Positions 33,075-45,267 of a stretch of DNA of 64,000 nt are shown here, piece after piece. Every line of letters begins with the position of its first letter. Positions within the stretch are counted from its first letter, which is position 1. Below the pieces are notes generated by a model, which saw nothing but the letters and a program-made list of their open reading frames with translations, was not told the DNA's origin and searched no databases. This stretch comes from Escherichia coli (GTDB lineage Bacteria > Pseudomonadota > Gammaproteobacteria > Enterobacterales > Enterobacteriaceae): assembly GCF_003334355.1 (NCBI RefSeq), contig NZ_QOWP01000023.1; one strand, written 5' to 3'. A program made the translations under genes and the position numbers.

Positions 33075-34091
33075 ATGTCCACATTACGCCTGCTCATCTC
33101 TGACTCTTACGACCCGTGGTTTAACCTGGCGGTGGAGGAGTGTATTTTTCGCCAGATGCCCGCCACGCAGCGCGTTCTGTTTCTCTGGCGCAATGCCGAC
33201 ACGGTAGTGATTGGTCGCGCGCAGAACCCGTGGAAAGAGTGTAATACCCGGCGGATGGAAGAAGATAACGTCCGCCTGGCACGGCGCAGTAGCGGTGGCG
33301 GCGCGGTGTTCCACGATCTCGGCAATACCTGCTTTACCTTTATGGCTGGCAAGCCGGAGTACGATAAAACCATCTCCACGTCGATTGTGCTCAATGCGCT
33401 GAACGCGCTTGGCGTCAGCGCCGAAGCGTCCGGGCGTAACGATCTGGTGGTGAAAACCGCCGAAGGCGACCGCAAAGTCTCAGGATCGGCCTATCGCGAA
33501 ACCAAAGATCGTGGCTTCCACCACGGCACCTTGCTGCTCAATGCCGACCTTAGCCGCCTGGCAAACTATCTCAATCCGGATAAAAAGAAACTGGCGGCGA
33601 AAGGCATTACCTCAGTGCGTTCCCGCGTGACCAACCTCACCGAGCTGCTGCCGGGGATCACCCATGAGCAGGTTTGCGAGGCCATAACCAAGGCCTTTTT
33701 CGCCCATTATGGCGAGCGTGTAGAAGCGGAAATCATCTCCCCGGACAAAACGCCAGACTTGCCAAACTTCGCCGAAACCTTTGCCCGTCAGAGTAGCTGG
33801 GAATGGAACTTCGGTCAGGCTCCGGCATTCTCGCATCTGCTGGATGAACGCTTTAGCTGGGGCGGCGTGGAACTGCATTTCGACGTTGAAAAAGGCCATA
33901 TCACCCGCGCCCAGGTGTTTACCGACAGCCTCAACCCCGCGCCGCTGGAAGCCCTCGCCGGGCGACTGCAAGGCTGCCTGTACCGCGCGGATATGCTGCA
34001 ACAAGAGTGCGAAGCGCTGTTGGTTGACTTCCCGGACCAGGAAAAAGAGCTACGGAAGTTGTCGACGTGGATAGCGGGGGCGGTAAGGTAA
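33075..34091 (+). CDS. lplA: Lipoate-protein ligase A
   Basis: 338-aa ORF starting [25 protein letters not shown]. Confidence 0.97.
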
Positions 34092-34122
34092 CTCGCTGAT
34101 TAAAATATCCAGGGAAGGAAAT

Positions 34123-34386
34123 ATGATCGATCTGGAAAACCAGGAACGGGAGATTATCAATTTAATGTTCAGCCAGCGTATTTCCTGGCTAGCCGCCGTG
34201 CGTATCAGGCATAAATTATCGCTTGCTGAAGTAAGTAAAATGTTAGGTATCTCGATTAATTCTCTAAAACAGATCGAAAAGACGGAACGGCTTAGCTCAA
34301 ACATCAAAAGCAAAATGGCAGAAATTTATGGTTGTCCACCAGAGTTGCTGATATGCCCTTCCTGGATGACGGCTGAACATAAATGA
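34123..34386 (+). CDS. Small HTH-domain protein (possibly an N-terminal remnant of the HipA-like kinase YjjJ/HipH)
   Basis: 87-aa ORF with GGAAGGA Shine-Dalgarno 6 nt upstream; helix-turn-helix-like segment LSLAEVSKMLGISINSLKQIE; sits where K-12 carries yjjJ as I recall. Confidence 0.55.
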   Translation: MIDLENQEREIINLMFSQRISWLAAVRIRHKLSLAEVSKMLGISINSLKQIEKTERLSSNIKSKMAEIYGCPPELLICPSWMTAEHK

Positions 34387-34484
34387 ATAGATTCGTGAAT
34401 AGATACTTGAATGTATTTTATTTTTTATCTATATGAAAAATAATAGTAAATCTATAAATCAGTTGCTATTGATGAATAGATACT
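34385..34484. repeat. AT-rich motif cluster (GAATAGATACT direct repeats and ATCTATA inverted copies)
   Basis: GAATAGAT at 34385, TGAATAGATACT at 34396 and 34473, ATCTATA at 34427 and 34450. Confidence 0.4.
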
Positions 34485-34514
34485 AAAAGCCGGAGCAGTC
34501 TCCCACTCCGGCTT
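34485..34514 (-). terminator. Rho-independent terminator downstream of deoD
   Basis: gccggag-loop-ctccggc hairpin with a T-run on the minus strand. Confidence 0.65.
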
Positions 34515-34545
34515 AACACGACAATCGCCTTTCAGCGAAACACAA

Positions 34546-35265
34546 TTACTCTTTATCGCCCAGCAGAACGGATTCCAGTGCGATTTTGATCATGTCGTTG
34601 AAGGTGGTCTGACGCTCAGCGGCAGTGGTCTGCTCGTGAGTGCGGATGTGGTCAGACACGGTGCAGATGGTCAGGGCTTTCGCGCCAAATTCTGCAGCGA
34701 CGCCGTAGATACCAGCCGCTTCCATTTCCACGCCGAGGATGCCGTATTTTTCCATCACGTCGAACATTTCGCCGTCCGGAGAGTAGAACAGGTCAGCGGA
34801 GAACAGGTTACCAACGCGAGCATCAACGCCCAGTGCTTTAGCCGCGTCTACCGCGTTACGCACCATGTCAAAGTCAGCGATAGCGGCAAAGTCATGGTCT
34901 TTAAAACGGATACGGTTAACTTTGGAATCGGTGCAGGCACCCATACCGATAACGACGTCGCGCAGTTTTACGTGCGGCAGAACAGCGCCACAGGAGCCTA
35001 CGCGGATAATTTTCTTTACGCCGAAATCGGTGATCAGTTCTTTGGTGTAGATGGAGCAGGACGGGATACCCATACCGTGACCCATTACGGAAATTTTGCG
35101 GCCTTTGTAAGTACCGGTGAAGCCCAGCATACCGCGAACGTTGTTCACTTCACGGGCATCTTCAAGGAAAGTTTCAGCAATATACTTCGCACGCAGCGGG
35201 TCGCCTGGCATCAAAACTACGTCAGCGAAATCGCCCATTTCTGCATTAATGTGTGGGGTAGCCAT
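34546..35265 (-). CDS. deoD: Purine nucleoside phosphorylase
   Basis: 239-aa ORF starting [34 protein letters not shown]. Confidence 0.98.
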   Translation of the reverse strand: MATPHINAEMGDFADVVLMPGDPLRAKYIAETFLEDAREVNNVRGMLGFTGTYKGRKISVMGHGMGIPSCSIYTKELITDFGVKKIIRVGSCGAVLPHVKLRDVVIGMGACTDSKVNRIRFKDHDFAAIADFDMVRNAVDAAKALGVDARVGNLFSADLFYSPDGEMFDVMEKYGILGVEMEAAGIYGVAAEFGAKALTICTVSDHIRTHEQTTAAERQTTFNDMIKIALESVLLGDKE

Positions 35266-35344
35266 TGTTTTATCCTTATCAACATGTTTTCACCCTCTCC
35301 CTGTGGGAGAGGGCCGGGGTGAGGGCATCAAGCCGCACCCATTA

Positions 35345-36589
<1,245 letters not shown>

Positions 36590-36619
36590 TCAAATTTAAA
36601 TGATCAGATCAGTATACCG

Positions 36620-37942
36620 TTATTCGCTGATACGGCGATAGACAGTTGGTGTGCTTTCCGGTGCTTTATCGGCAAGTTTAATTGCCGCTTTCACCGCTTT
36701 CGCCGCTTCCTGCCAGCTGTTTTCGTCTTTCGCGTGGATAACCGCCAGCGGACGCTGACCGTCTACCTGGTCGCCCAAACGCGCCATATCAGTAAAGCCG
36801 ACGCTGTAATCAATGGTGTCAGATGCCTGACGACGACCGCCGCCCATTGCAACCACTGCCATCCCCAGCGCGCGGGTATCCATTTCACTGACAAAACCTT
36901 CGGTATCAGCATAGACTGCTTTCGTCAGCATCGCTGTCGGCAGATACTTCGCGTAGTTCTCAACGAAGTCGGTCGGGCCTTTTTGTGCCGCTACCATACG
37001 ACCAAAGACTTCTGCCGCTTTACCGTTGTCCAGCACCGCCTGCAATTTCGCGCGCGCTTCGGCGTCATCTTTCGCCAGTTTGCCGGAGATCAGCATCTCC
37101 ACGCACAGCGCCATCGTGACATCAAACAGACGCGGGTTACGATATTCACCCGTCAGGAACTGCACCGCTTCACGAACTTCAACCGCGTTACCTGCACTGG
37201 AGGCCAGTACCTGATTCATGTCGGTGAGCAGCGCGGTGGTGCGCACGCCAGCGCCGTTAGCCACGCCAACAATCGCTTCGGCAAGGGCTTCAGAGAGTTC
37301 GTAGGTCGGCATAAACGCGCCGCTACCCACTTTCACGTCCATCACCAGCGCGTCCAGACCTTCCGCCAGTTTCTTCGCCAGAATAGAGGCGGTGATCAGC
37401 GGGATGGAGTCCACGGTTGCGGTAATATCACGGGTCGCGTAGAAACGTTTATCCGCCGGAGCCAGTGAGCTGGTCTGACCGATAATCGCCACGCCGACGT
37501 CTTTAATAATTTCGCGGAAACGGTTGTCATCCGGGAAAATGTCGAAGCCAGGGATGGATTCCAGTTTGTCGAGCGTACCGCCAGTATGACCGAGGCCGCG
37601 ACCGGAGATCATCGGAATATAGCCGCCGCAGGCTGCGACCATCGGCCCCAACATCAGCGAAGTCACATCGCCGACGCCGCCGGTGGAGTGTTTATCAACA
37701 ATCGGGCCATTCAGATGCAGGCTTTTCCAGTCGAGAACGGTTCCTGAATCTCGCATCGCCATGGTCAGCGAGACACGCTCAGGCATTGTCATATCGTGGA
37801 AGAAAATGGTCATCGCGAGGGCGGCAATCTGCCCTTCGGAGATAGTGTTGTCGCGAATACCGTTGATAAAGAAACGAATTTCTTCATCGCTTAGCGCATG
37901 ACCATCACGTTTTTTACGAATAATTTCTTGTGCGAGAAACAA
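36620..37942 (-). CDS. deoA: Thymidine phosphorylase
   Basis: 440-aa ORF starting [31 protein letters not shown]. Confidence 0.98.
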
Positions 37943-37978
37943 GGTAACCTCCCGAGGAAAAGAGTATGAGGCGGCTTT

Positions 37979-38056
37979 TGCCGGATGCGTCTACGCCTTA
38001 TCCGGCCTACGGGTAGATACGTCTCGTAGGCCTGATAAGCGCAGCGCATCAGGCGT
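37979..38056. repeat. REP/BIME element in the deoC-deoA spacer
   Basis: gccggatgcgtctacgccttatccggcctac ... gtaggcctgataagcgcagcgcatcaggcg. Confidence 0.65.
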
Positions 38057-38068
38057 AAAGCATCTTAC

Positions 38069-38848
38069 TTAGTAGCTGCTGGCGCTCTTACCGTCGCCGT
38101 GGCCCAGCGCTTTCAGCAGGCTTGCCAGCAGGCTGGAAGCACCAAAGCGGTAGTGACGCGCATCAGCCCAGTCAGCACCGAACAGTTCATCTGCGATGGC
38201 GAGATATTTCTGCGCATCTTCCGCAGTACGCACGCCGCCCGCCGGTTTGAAACCAACGGTTTTTTCTACGCCCATATCACGGATCACTTCCATCATGATG
38301 CGCGCGCTTTCCGGCGTCGCGTTCACAGCCACTTTACCGGTAGAGGTTTTGATGAAGTCCGCACCCGCTTTGATGGAGATTTCAGACGCTTTACGGATCA
38401 GCGCTTCGTCTTTCAGTTCGCCGGTTTCGATGATCACTTTCAGCAGTACATTCGCTGCCGCGCAAGCCTCTTTACAGGCTTTCACCAGGTCAAAACCAAC
38501 CTGCTCGTTACCCGCCATCAGCGCGCGGTACGGGAACACAACGTCAACTTCATCTGCACCGTAGGCGATTGCCGCACGGGTTTCTGCCAGCGCGATTTCG
38601 ATGTCATCGTTACCGTGTGGGAAGTTGGTTACCGTAGCGATTCGGATTTCCGGGGTGCCCTGCTCTTTCAGCGTTTTGCGAGCAATCGGGATAAAGCGAG
38701 GATAGATACAGATAGCGGCGGTATTGCCGACCGGAGTTTTGGCCTGATGACACAGAGCAATTACTTTCTCGTCGGTGTCGTCGTCATTCAGGGTGGTCAG
38801 GTCCATCAATTTCAGTGCACGCAGGCTGCTTGCTTTCAGATCAGTCAT
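38069..38848 (-). CDS. deoC: Deoxyribose-phosphate aldolase
   Basis: Start trimmed to [26 protein letters not shown] (259 aa). Confidence 0.97.
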
Positions 38849-38892
38849 TTCATTCTCCTGGCTTGTCGCCAATAAAATTCACCTTGCGAGTT

Positions 38893-38908
38893 TGTTAGTA
38901 TTCTAACA
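38893..38908. promoter_or_regulatory. DeoR operator (deoP2, O2)
   Basis: TGTTAGTATTCTAACA, a 16-bp palindrome matching the DeoR operator TGTTAGAA-N-TTCTAACA, about 45 bp upstream of deoC. Confidence 0.65.
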
Positions 38909-39105
38909 TCTACTCCGCAACACACTTCGATATACATCACAATTAAGGAAATCTACTTACAAGTTTGCATCACTGTAATGCGATCTGGTTCAAATAATTC
39001 ACTTTCAAATGAATGCGTCAGTGGTGGCAAACGCATCAGGATCAAAGTGAACATCACGAAACTTCTTACAATGGCGCATCACCTTCGGCATAAAAGGAAA
39101 AGAAG

Positions 39106-40656
39106 ATGCCCACTTCTGATGAAAATGCACTGCAACAACGTTGCCAGCAAATTGTCACCAGCCCAGTGCTTAGCCCGGAGCAGAAGCGCCATTTTCTGGC
39201 ACTTGAAGCAGAAAACAATCTGCCTTATCCGCAGCTGCCTGCCGAAGCCCGCCGTGCGCTGGATGAGGGTGTAATCTGCGATATGTTTGAAGGTCATGCG
39301 CCGTACAAACCGCGCTATGTCTTACCCGATTACGCCCGTTTTCTGGCGAACGGTTCCGAATGGCTGGAGCTGGAAGGCGCGAAAGATCTTGATGACGCAC
39401 TCTCTCTGCTGACCATTCTTTACCACCACGTACCGTCGGTCACATCGATGCCGGTCTACCTGGGGCAACTGGATGCGTTGTTGCAACCGTATGTTAGAAT
39501 TCTAACACAAGACGAGATCGATATTCGAATAAAACGTTTCTGGCGTTACCTCGACAGAACCCTGCCAGACGCCTTTATGCACGCCAATATCGGCCCGTCT
39601 GATTCGCCCATTACCCGTGCAATCTTACGTGCAGACGCAGAGTTGAAGCAGGTTTCACCGAACCTGACCTTTATCTACGATCCTGAAATCACCCCTGATG
39701 ACCTACTGCTGGAAGTGGCGAAGAACATCTGTGAATGTAGCAAACCGCACATCGCCAACGGTCCGGTGCATGATAAAATTTTCACAAAAGGGGGCTACGG
39801 GATTGTGAGCTGTTACAACTCACTGCCGCTGGCGGGTGGTGGCAGCACGCTGGTACGCCTTAACCTGAAAGCCATTGCCGAGCGCAGCGAATCGCTGGAT
39901 GACTTCTTTACGCGCACTCTACCGCACTACTGCCAGCAGCAGATCGCCATCATTGATGCGCGGTGTGAATTCCTCTATCAACAATCACACTTCTTTGAGA
40001 ATAGCTTCCTGGTGAAAGAAGGGCTGATTAACCCTGAACGTTTTGTGCCAATGTTTGGCATGTATGGGCTGGCGGAAGCGGTTAACTTGCTGTGTGAGAA
40101 AGAAGGGATTGCCGCGCGCTACGGTAAAGAAGCCGCCGCAAATGAAGTGGGTTATCGCATCAGCGCGCAACTGGCGGAGTTTGTCGCCAATACCCCCGTG
40201 AAATATGGCTGGCAAAAACGCGCCATGTTACACGCACAGTCGGGGATCAGTTCCGATATCGGCACCACGCCGGGCGCGCGTTTACCCTATGGCGATGAGC
40301 CAGATCCGATCACCCATCTGCAAACTGTCGCCCCGCATCATGCTTATTATTATTCCGGCATCAGCGACATTCTGACGCTCGACGAAACCATCAAACGTAA
40401 TCCGCAGGCGCTGGTACAGCTTTGCCTCGGTGCCTTTAAAGCCGGAATGCGTGAATTTACCGCCAATGTCAGCGGTAACGATCTGGTTCGCGTTACCGGT
40501 TATATGGTGCGTTTGTCGGATTTAGAAAAATATCGCGCCGAAGGTTCACGCACCAACACCACCTGGCTGGGCGAAGAAGCCGCACGCAACACTCGTATTC
40601 TGGAACGCCAGCCGCGCGTGATAAGCCATGAACAGCAGATGCGCTTTAGTCAGTAA
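39106..40656 (+). CDS. yjjI: Glycyl-radical-enzyme-like protein YjjI
   Basis: 516-aa ORF; C-terminal RVTGY motif (variant of the glycyl-radical fingerprint RVSGY). Confidence 0.9.
   Translation: MPTSDENALQQRCQQIVTSPVLSPEQKRHFLALEAENNLPYPQLPAEARRALDEGVICDMFEGHAPYKPRYVLPDYARFLANGSEWLELEGAKDLDDALSLLTILYHHVPSVTSMPVYLGQLDALLQPYVRILTQDEIDIRIKRFWRYLDRTLPDAFMHANIGPSDSPITRAILRADAELKQVSPNLTFIYDPEITPDDLLLEVAKNICECSKPHIANGPVHDKIFTKGGYGIVSCYNSLPLAGGGSTLVRLNLKAIAERSESLDDFFTRTLPHYCQQQIAIIDARCEFLYQQSHFFENSFLVKEGLINPERFVPMFGMYGLAEAVNLLCEKEGIAARYGKEAAANEVGYRISAQLAEFVANTPVKYGWQKRAMLHAQSGISSDIGTTPGARLPYGDEPDPITHLQTVAPHHAYYYSGISDILTLDETIKRNPQALVQLCLGAFKAGMREFTANVSGNDLVRVTGYMVRLSDLEKYRAEGSRTNTTWLGEEAARNTRILERQPRVISHEQQMRFSQ
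39492..39507. promoter_or_regulatory. DeoR operator (deoP1, O1) inside the yjjI coding sequence
   Basis: Perfect palindrome TGTTAGAATTCTAACA; centre is 599 bp from the O2 centre, matching the known O1-O2 spacing. Confidence 0.65.
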
Positions 40657-41491
40657 GATTATCCCCTTCTCCTGCGTTGACGGGCCAGGCAGTCGTCTGG
40701 CTCTGTTTTTGCAGGGCTGCAATCTGCGCTGCAAAAACTGTCACAATCCGTGGACGATGGGGCGCTGTAATCATTGCGGAGAGTGCGTGCCACAGTGTCC
40801 GCATCAGGCGTTGCAGATTGTTGACGGCAAAGTGGTGTGGAACGCTGCGGTCTGCGAGCAGTGTGATACCTGCCTGAAGAGGTGTCCGCAACATGCCACG
40901 CCGATGGCGCAATCCATGAGCGTGGACGAAGTGCTTAGCCATGTCCGCAAAGCGGTGCTGTTTATTGAAGGGATAACGGTAAGCGGCGGCGAAGCCACGA
41001 CCCAACTGCCGTTTGTAGTGGCGCTGTTTACTGCTATCAAAAACGATCCGCAACTGCGCCATCTCACCTGTCTGGTGGACAGTAACGGCATGTTGAGCGA
41101 AACCGGCTGGGAAAAATTACTCCCGGTGTGTGACGGCGCAATGCTCGATCTCAAAGCATGGGGTAGCGAATGTCATCAACAATTAACCGGACGCGATAAT
41201 CAGCAGATTAAGCGCAGCATCTGTTTGCTGGCAGAGCGCGGCAAGCTGGCGGAACTGCGTTTGCTGGTAATCCCTGGCCAGGTGGATTATTTGCAACACA
41301 TCGAAGAACTGGCGGCGTTTATCAAGGGACTTGGCGATGTTCCGGTACGCCTGAACGCGTTTCATGCCCACGGCGTGTATGGCGAGGCGCAAAGCTGGGC
41401 GAGCGCCACGCCGGAAGACGTTGAGCCGTTGGCTGATGCATTAAAGGTGCGCGGGGGGGGCCGGTTGATATTTCCGGCGCTGTATTTGTGA
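40628..41491 (+). CDS. yjjW: Radical SAM glycyl-radical activating enzyme YjjW
   Basis: 287-aa ORF with CNLRCKNC (CX3CX2C) radical-SAM motif plus two ferredoxin-like Cys clusters ([24 protein letters not shown]); overlaps the yjjI 3' end. Confidence 0.9.
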   Translation: MNSRCALVSKIIPFSCVDGPGSRLALFLQGCNLRCKNCHNPWTMGRCNHCGECVPQCPHQALQIVDGKVVWNAAVCEQCDTCLKRCPQHATPMAQSMSVDEVLSHVRKAVLFIEGITVSGGEATTQLPFVVALFTAIKNDPQLRHLTCLVDSNGMLSETGWEKLLPVCDGAMLDLKAWGSECHQQLTGRDNQQIKRSICLLAERGKLAELRLLVIPGQVDYLQHIEELAAFIKGLGDVPVRLNAFHAHGVYGEAQSWASATPEDVEPLADALKVRGGGRLIFPALYL

Positions 41492-41493
41492 CA

Positions 41494-41998
<505 letters not shown>

Positions 41999-42007
41999 AA
42001 GGGTAAA

Positions 42008-42790
42008 CTACCCACTAACGCTAAACAACGCATACGTATTATTAAGCAACACTTCGGCAATCTCATCTTCTGGTTCCGGGCGCAACTCGCAAAGCACGTC
42101 AAACACCCGCACAGCCTGTTCCGGTCGGTTAGGCTGCCCCTGAAAGCCGTTGAGCGGCATATCCGGCGCGTCGGTTTCCAGCAACAACGATGCCAGCGGT
42201 AATTTTGCGATGACATCGCGGGTTTTACTGGCGCGTGGATAGGTGATAGTACCGCCTACGCCGATTTTGTAGCCCAGCTGTACAAACCGCTCGGCCTGTT
42301 GCAGGCTGCCGGAAAAACCGTGAACCACGCCAGTGCACGGTAAATCGTGACGTTTAAGATGCATCGCCAGTTTGTCGTGTGTACGCCGGGAATGAAGGAT
42401 CACCGGCAGATCGTAGCGTTTCGCCAGTTTCAGCTGTTCGTCGAGTAACCACTGCTGCCTCTCAAATTGCGGATCGTCGCCGAAGAGATCCAGACCGATC
42501 TCCCCCACCGCCACCACCTTCGCCGGACGCCTTTCCAGCGCCTGCTGTAGCTGATCAAGAGACACATCGCTATGTTTTTCCAACATCCCCGGATGCAACC
42601 CCAATGCGGCATACAGCGGTTGATATTTTTCCGCTAACGCCTGCACGCGGGCAAAATTTTCCGCCTCTGTCGCCGGAACAATGATCTTGCCTACGCCCGC
42701 TTGTGCCGCGCGTTGCAGGCTGGCCTCTTCATCGCCACTAAACGGCGGGAAATCAAAATGGCAGTGGGTATCGATAAAACGGCAAATCAA
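42008..42790 (-). CDS. yjjV: TatD-family metal-dependent hydrolase YjjV
   Basis: 260-aa ORF with IDTHCHFDF metal-binding motif. Confidence 0.9.
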   Translation of the reverse strand: MICRFIDTHCHFDFPPFSGDEEASLQRAAQAGVGKIIVPATEAENFARVQALAEKYQPLYAALGLHPGMLEKHSDVSLDQLQQALERRPAKVVAVGEIGLDLFGDDPQFERQQWLLDEQLKLAKRYDLPVILHSRRTHDKLAMHLKRHDLPCTGVVHGFSGSLQQAERFVQLGYKIGVGGTITYPRASKTRDVIAKLPLASLLLETDAPDMPLNGFQGQPNRPEQAVRVFDVLCELRPEPEDEIAEVLLNNTYALFSVSG

Positions 42791-43860
42791 GCCAGATCCT
42801 CATTGTTAAATGTCGGGTCGTTCGCCTGCGGAGCATCGCTCACTTCGGCAACCAGCGTATCGTTGGCGACTGGCGCAGGCGGAATAACGATCGATTCCGG
42901 CGTCACCACTGGCACCAGATGGCGGGTAAGCGGCGCTTTTTCAGTTAATAGCTTGCCAACCGTGGCGAGGAAATAACGACCGCATAAACGCCCAAGTTTA
43001 TAGTCTTCACGCAGCGCCGGAATCCGACTGCCAAGCGCGATACTATGTAATGGTTTCGGTGGATAAATTTCGAATATCCGCAGCTTGCCCGGTGGTTTCT
43101 CAATAAATTGCTGAATGTCACGATAGCTGGTTTCATGATGCTGCACCAGATTGACCAGCGGCTGCAGGCTACTGTCACCCAGCCAGCGTTCCATGCGTTT
43201 GAACCACTGCGGCGTGTAGTACATTTGTGACGGCACAGTGCGGATGACGACCAACGTTTTAGCGCCCTGCCTTGCCGCCTCTTTAACCGGAATCGCATCA
43301 CTGATCCCGCCATCCAGGTAGTTAATGCCTTCCAGCGACACTCCGCTACGATAAAAGCCAGGTATCGCACTGGAGGCGCGAATCACATCCAGCCAGTTTT
43401 GTTTGGTTGGTAAAAAGTAATTAGGCGCGTAGTCATCCTGACGACAGGCGCACATATAAAACGATTTGCCGCTGTCAAACAACCGCGCGGCGGTATCCAT
43501 TTGCAACGGCATCTGGCTTGCGGTGGCCTCCACCAGCCAGTCGAGATCGATAAGATTTCCTCCACGGACAAAGCGCAATGGATCGAAAAATTCGCGTTTT
43601 GTGGTATAGCACATGATGACTTTGCGCGCGTAACCGGGCTGATTGCAGATAAACGCCGAGAGGTTCTGCGCCCCGGCAGATGTGCCGAGATAAAGATCGA
43701 AAGGATTAAACTGCGCGCGCATAAACTCATCCAGCACGCCAGCCGTGAAAATTCCACGCTGTCCGCCGCCTTCGCACACCAGAGCTATTCGTCCAGGCTG
43801 GAACGGCCTTAGCGACAACGGCGCAATATTACCAAGCGTTACAGGTATTCGCTGCCCCAC
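42787..43860 (-). CDS. yjjU: Patatin-like phospholipase YjjU
   Basis: GGGQRG oxyanion motif and GTSAG nucleophile elbow; probable GTG start (357 aa); 4-bp overlap with yjjV. Confidence 0.85.
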   Translation of the reverse strand: MGQRIPVTLGNIAPLSLRPFQPGRIALVCEGGGQRGIFTAGVLDEFMRAQFNPFDLYLGTSAGAQNLSAFICNQPGYARKVIMCYTTKREFFDPLRFVRGGNLIDLDWLVEATASQMPLQMDTAARLFDSGKSFYMCACRQDDYAPNYFLPTKQNWLDVIRASSAIPGFYRSGVSLEGINYLDGGISDAIPVKEAARQGAKTLVVIRTVPSQMYYTPQWFKRMERWLGDSSLQPLVNLVQHHETSYRDIQQFIEKPPGKLRIFEIYPPKPLHSIALGSRIPALREDYKLGRLCGRYFLATVGKLLTEKAPLTRHLVPVVTPESIVIPPAPVANDTLVAEVSDAPQANDPTFNNEDLA

Positions 43861-43981
43861 CTCTGCCTTCCTGTTTTTGTTGTGAAAGAATGACAAAGTA
43901 ACGCAATTTATTATTCGCTAAAACCGCAAAAGCCAGTCCGCTGGACTGGCTTTGGATAAAATTTTCTTAATGGTCTGAAAT

Positions 43982-44143
43982 CTAGGGTCGTTTTCGGCCC
44001 ATGAACAAACTCACCAGGAACAGAATAATCCCGACGACAAAGACAATTTTAGCTGCGCCTGCAGCGGTACCGGCCAGACCACCAAACCCAAGTGCGGCGG
44101 CGATTAACGCGATAACCAGAAATATGATGCCCCAACGAAACAT
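43982..44143 (-). CDS. ytjA: Small membrane protein YtjA
   Basis: 53-aa [25 protein letters not shown]... (trimmed from the 63-aa ORF-track call). Confidence 0.75.
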
Positions 44144-44269
44144 AAGCGTCTCCTTTACCATAGTTAATGTCACCGCTTGATATGAGCGTGAAAATCACTC
44201 AATGCGATATTTTTAGTGTGGTGCACATCGCGCCTCCCGACAAAGTTCGGGAGGACGAATTACGACGAA

Positions 44270-44875
44270 TTACTTAGTTTTCAGATCATTTTTAACGCTT
44301 TTCACACCATCTACCGCTTTGGCGATACTTTCAGCACGGTCGCTCTGTGCCTGGGAATCGACGGTACCGGAGAGCTGAACCACGCCGTCGGTGGTTTCAA
44401 CTTTCACATGACGGGAAGGGACGATATCGTCCGCCAGCAGTTTGGCTTTGATTTCACTGGTGGTGGCGGTGTCACCCGCGTAGCCCTTCACAGAGCCTTC
44501 TTTAGCGTCGCGAACGTGCAGTTTGTCGCTGACAGAGGTCACCCCTTCAACGCCTTTCGCCACTTTCACTGCCTCTTCGGCCTGAGCCTGGCTTTCAACG
44601 AAACCGCTCAGGGTCACGACTTTTTGATCGGTTTTGACAGAGATATCGGTGCTCTTGATGTTGTCATGATCCACCAGGGCCGCCTTCACTTTCGCGGTGA
44701 TGGCGCTGTCATCCATGAAATTACCGACTTTATTCATAGAGCTATCGACTTTTTGCCCTGCGCTTTCATTGGTAGTCTGCGCGTTGTTTTCCGCGTAGGC
44801 AGAGCCTGTCGCGACGGCAGAGGTCAACATTACAGCCAGCAGAGTTTTCGAAATCTTCAGTCTTGTCATAGTCAT
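44270..44875 (-). CDS. osmY: Osmotically inducible periplasmic protein OsmY
   Basis: Start trimmed to [28 protein letters not shown] (201 aa); two BON domains. Confidence 0.95.
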
Positions 44876-45231
44876 CGATTTATTCCTGTAAGTTTGCTCG
44901 TAATTTGAGCCTGGCAACACGAGGTTGCATTGCTGAATAGGGAGAGACTTCACCCTCTACAGAAGTCAATGGTCGCCATCACAAAAGCGATGGGTGATGA
45001 ATAACGACCATTACAGCCTCTGAATCAGTTATTAATATCGGTAGAATGACAATCTACGGCTTTAGATACTGATATCTACGCATTGAACGGTATTTAACGC
45101 CGTCAGAAATGTCATTACTTTGTTAAATATAGATCACAATTTTGAAACCGCTCGGGATATCATCGAAAACATAAGCAAAAGTGAATGTTTTAAGAACATT
45201 CCGTAAGCGGCTAATAAGGAAGGGAAATTGA

Positions 45232-45257
45232 CAGGGCGCAGCGGCTACCGCGCCCTG
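45232..45257 (-). terminator. GC-rich hairpin downstream of prfC (putative terminator)
   Basis: cagggcgc-loop-gcgccctg inverted repeat immediately 3' of the prfC stop. Confidence 0.4.
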
Positions 45258-45267
45258 GAGGCAAGAA

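Noticed and set aside
40300-40420. Search for the third DeoR operator (O_E) at the spacing I recalled (about 878 bp beyond O1)
   Set aside because: No TGTTAGAA/TTCTAACA-like palindrome found there by eye; my recalled spacing may be wrong, so not annotated.
44233-44254. Hairpin cctcccgacaaagttcgggagg downstream of osmY as a terminator
   Set aside because: No adjacent U-run on either strand; could be rho-dependent or structural, so not called.
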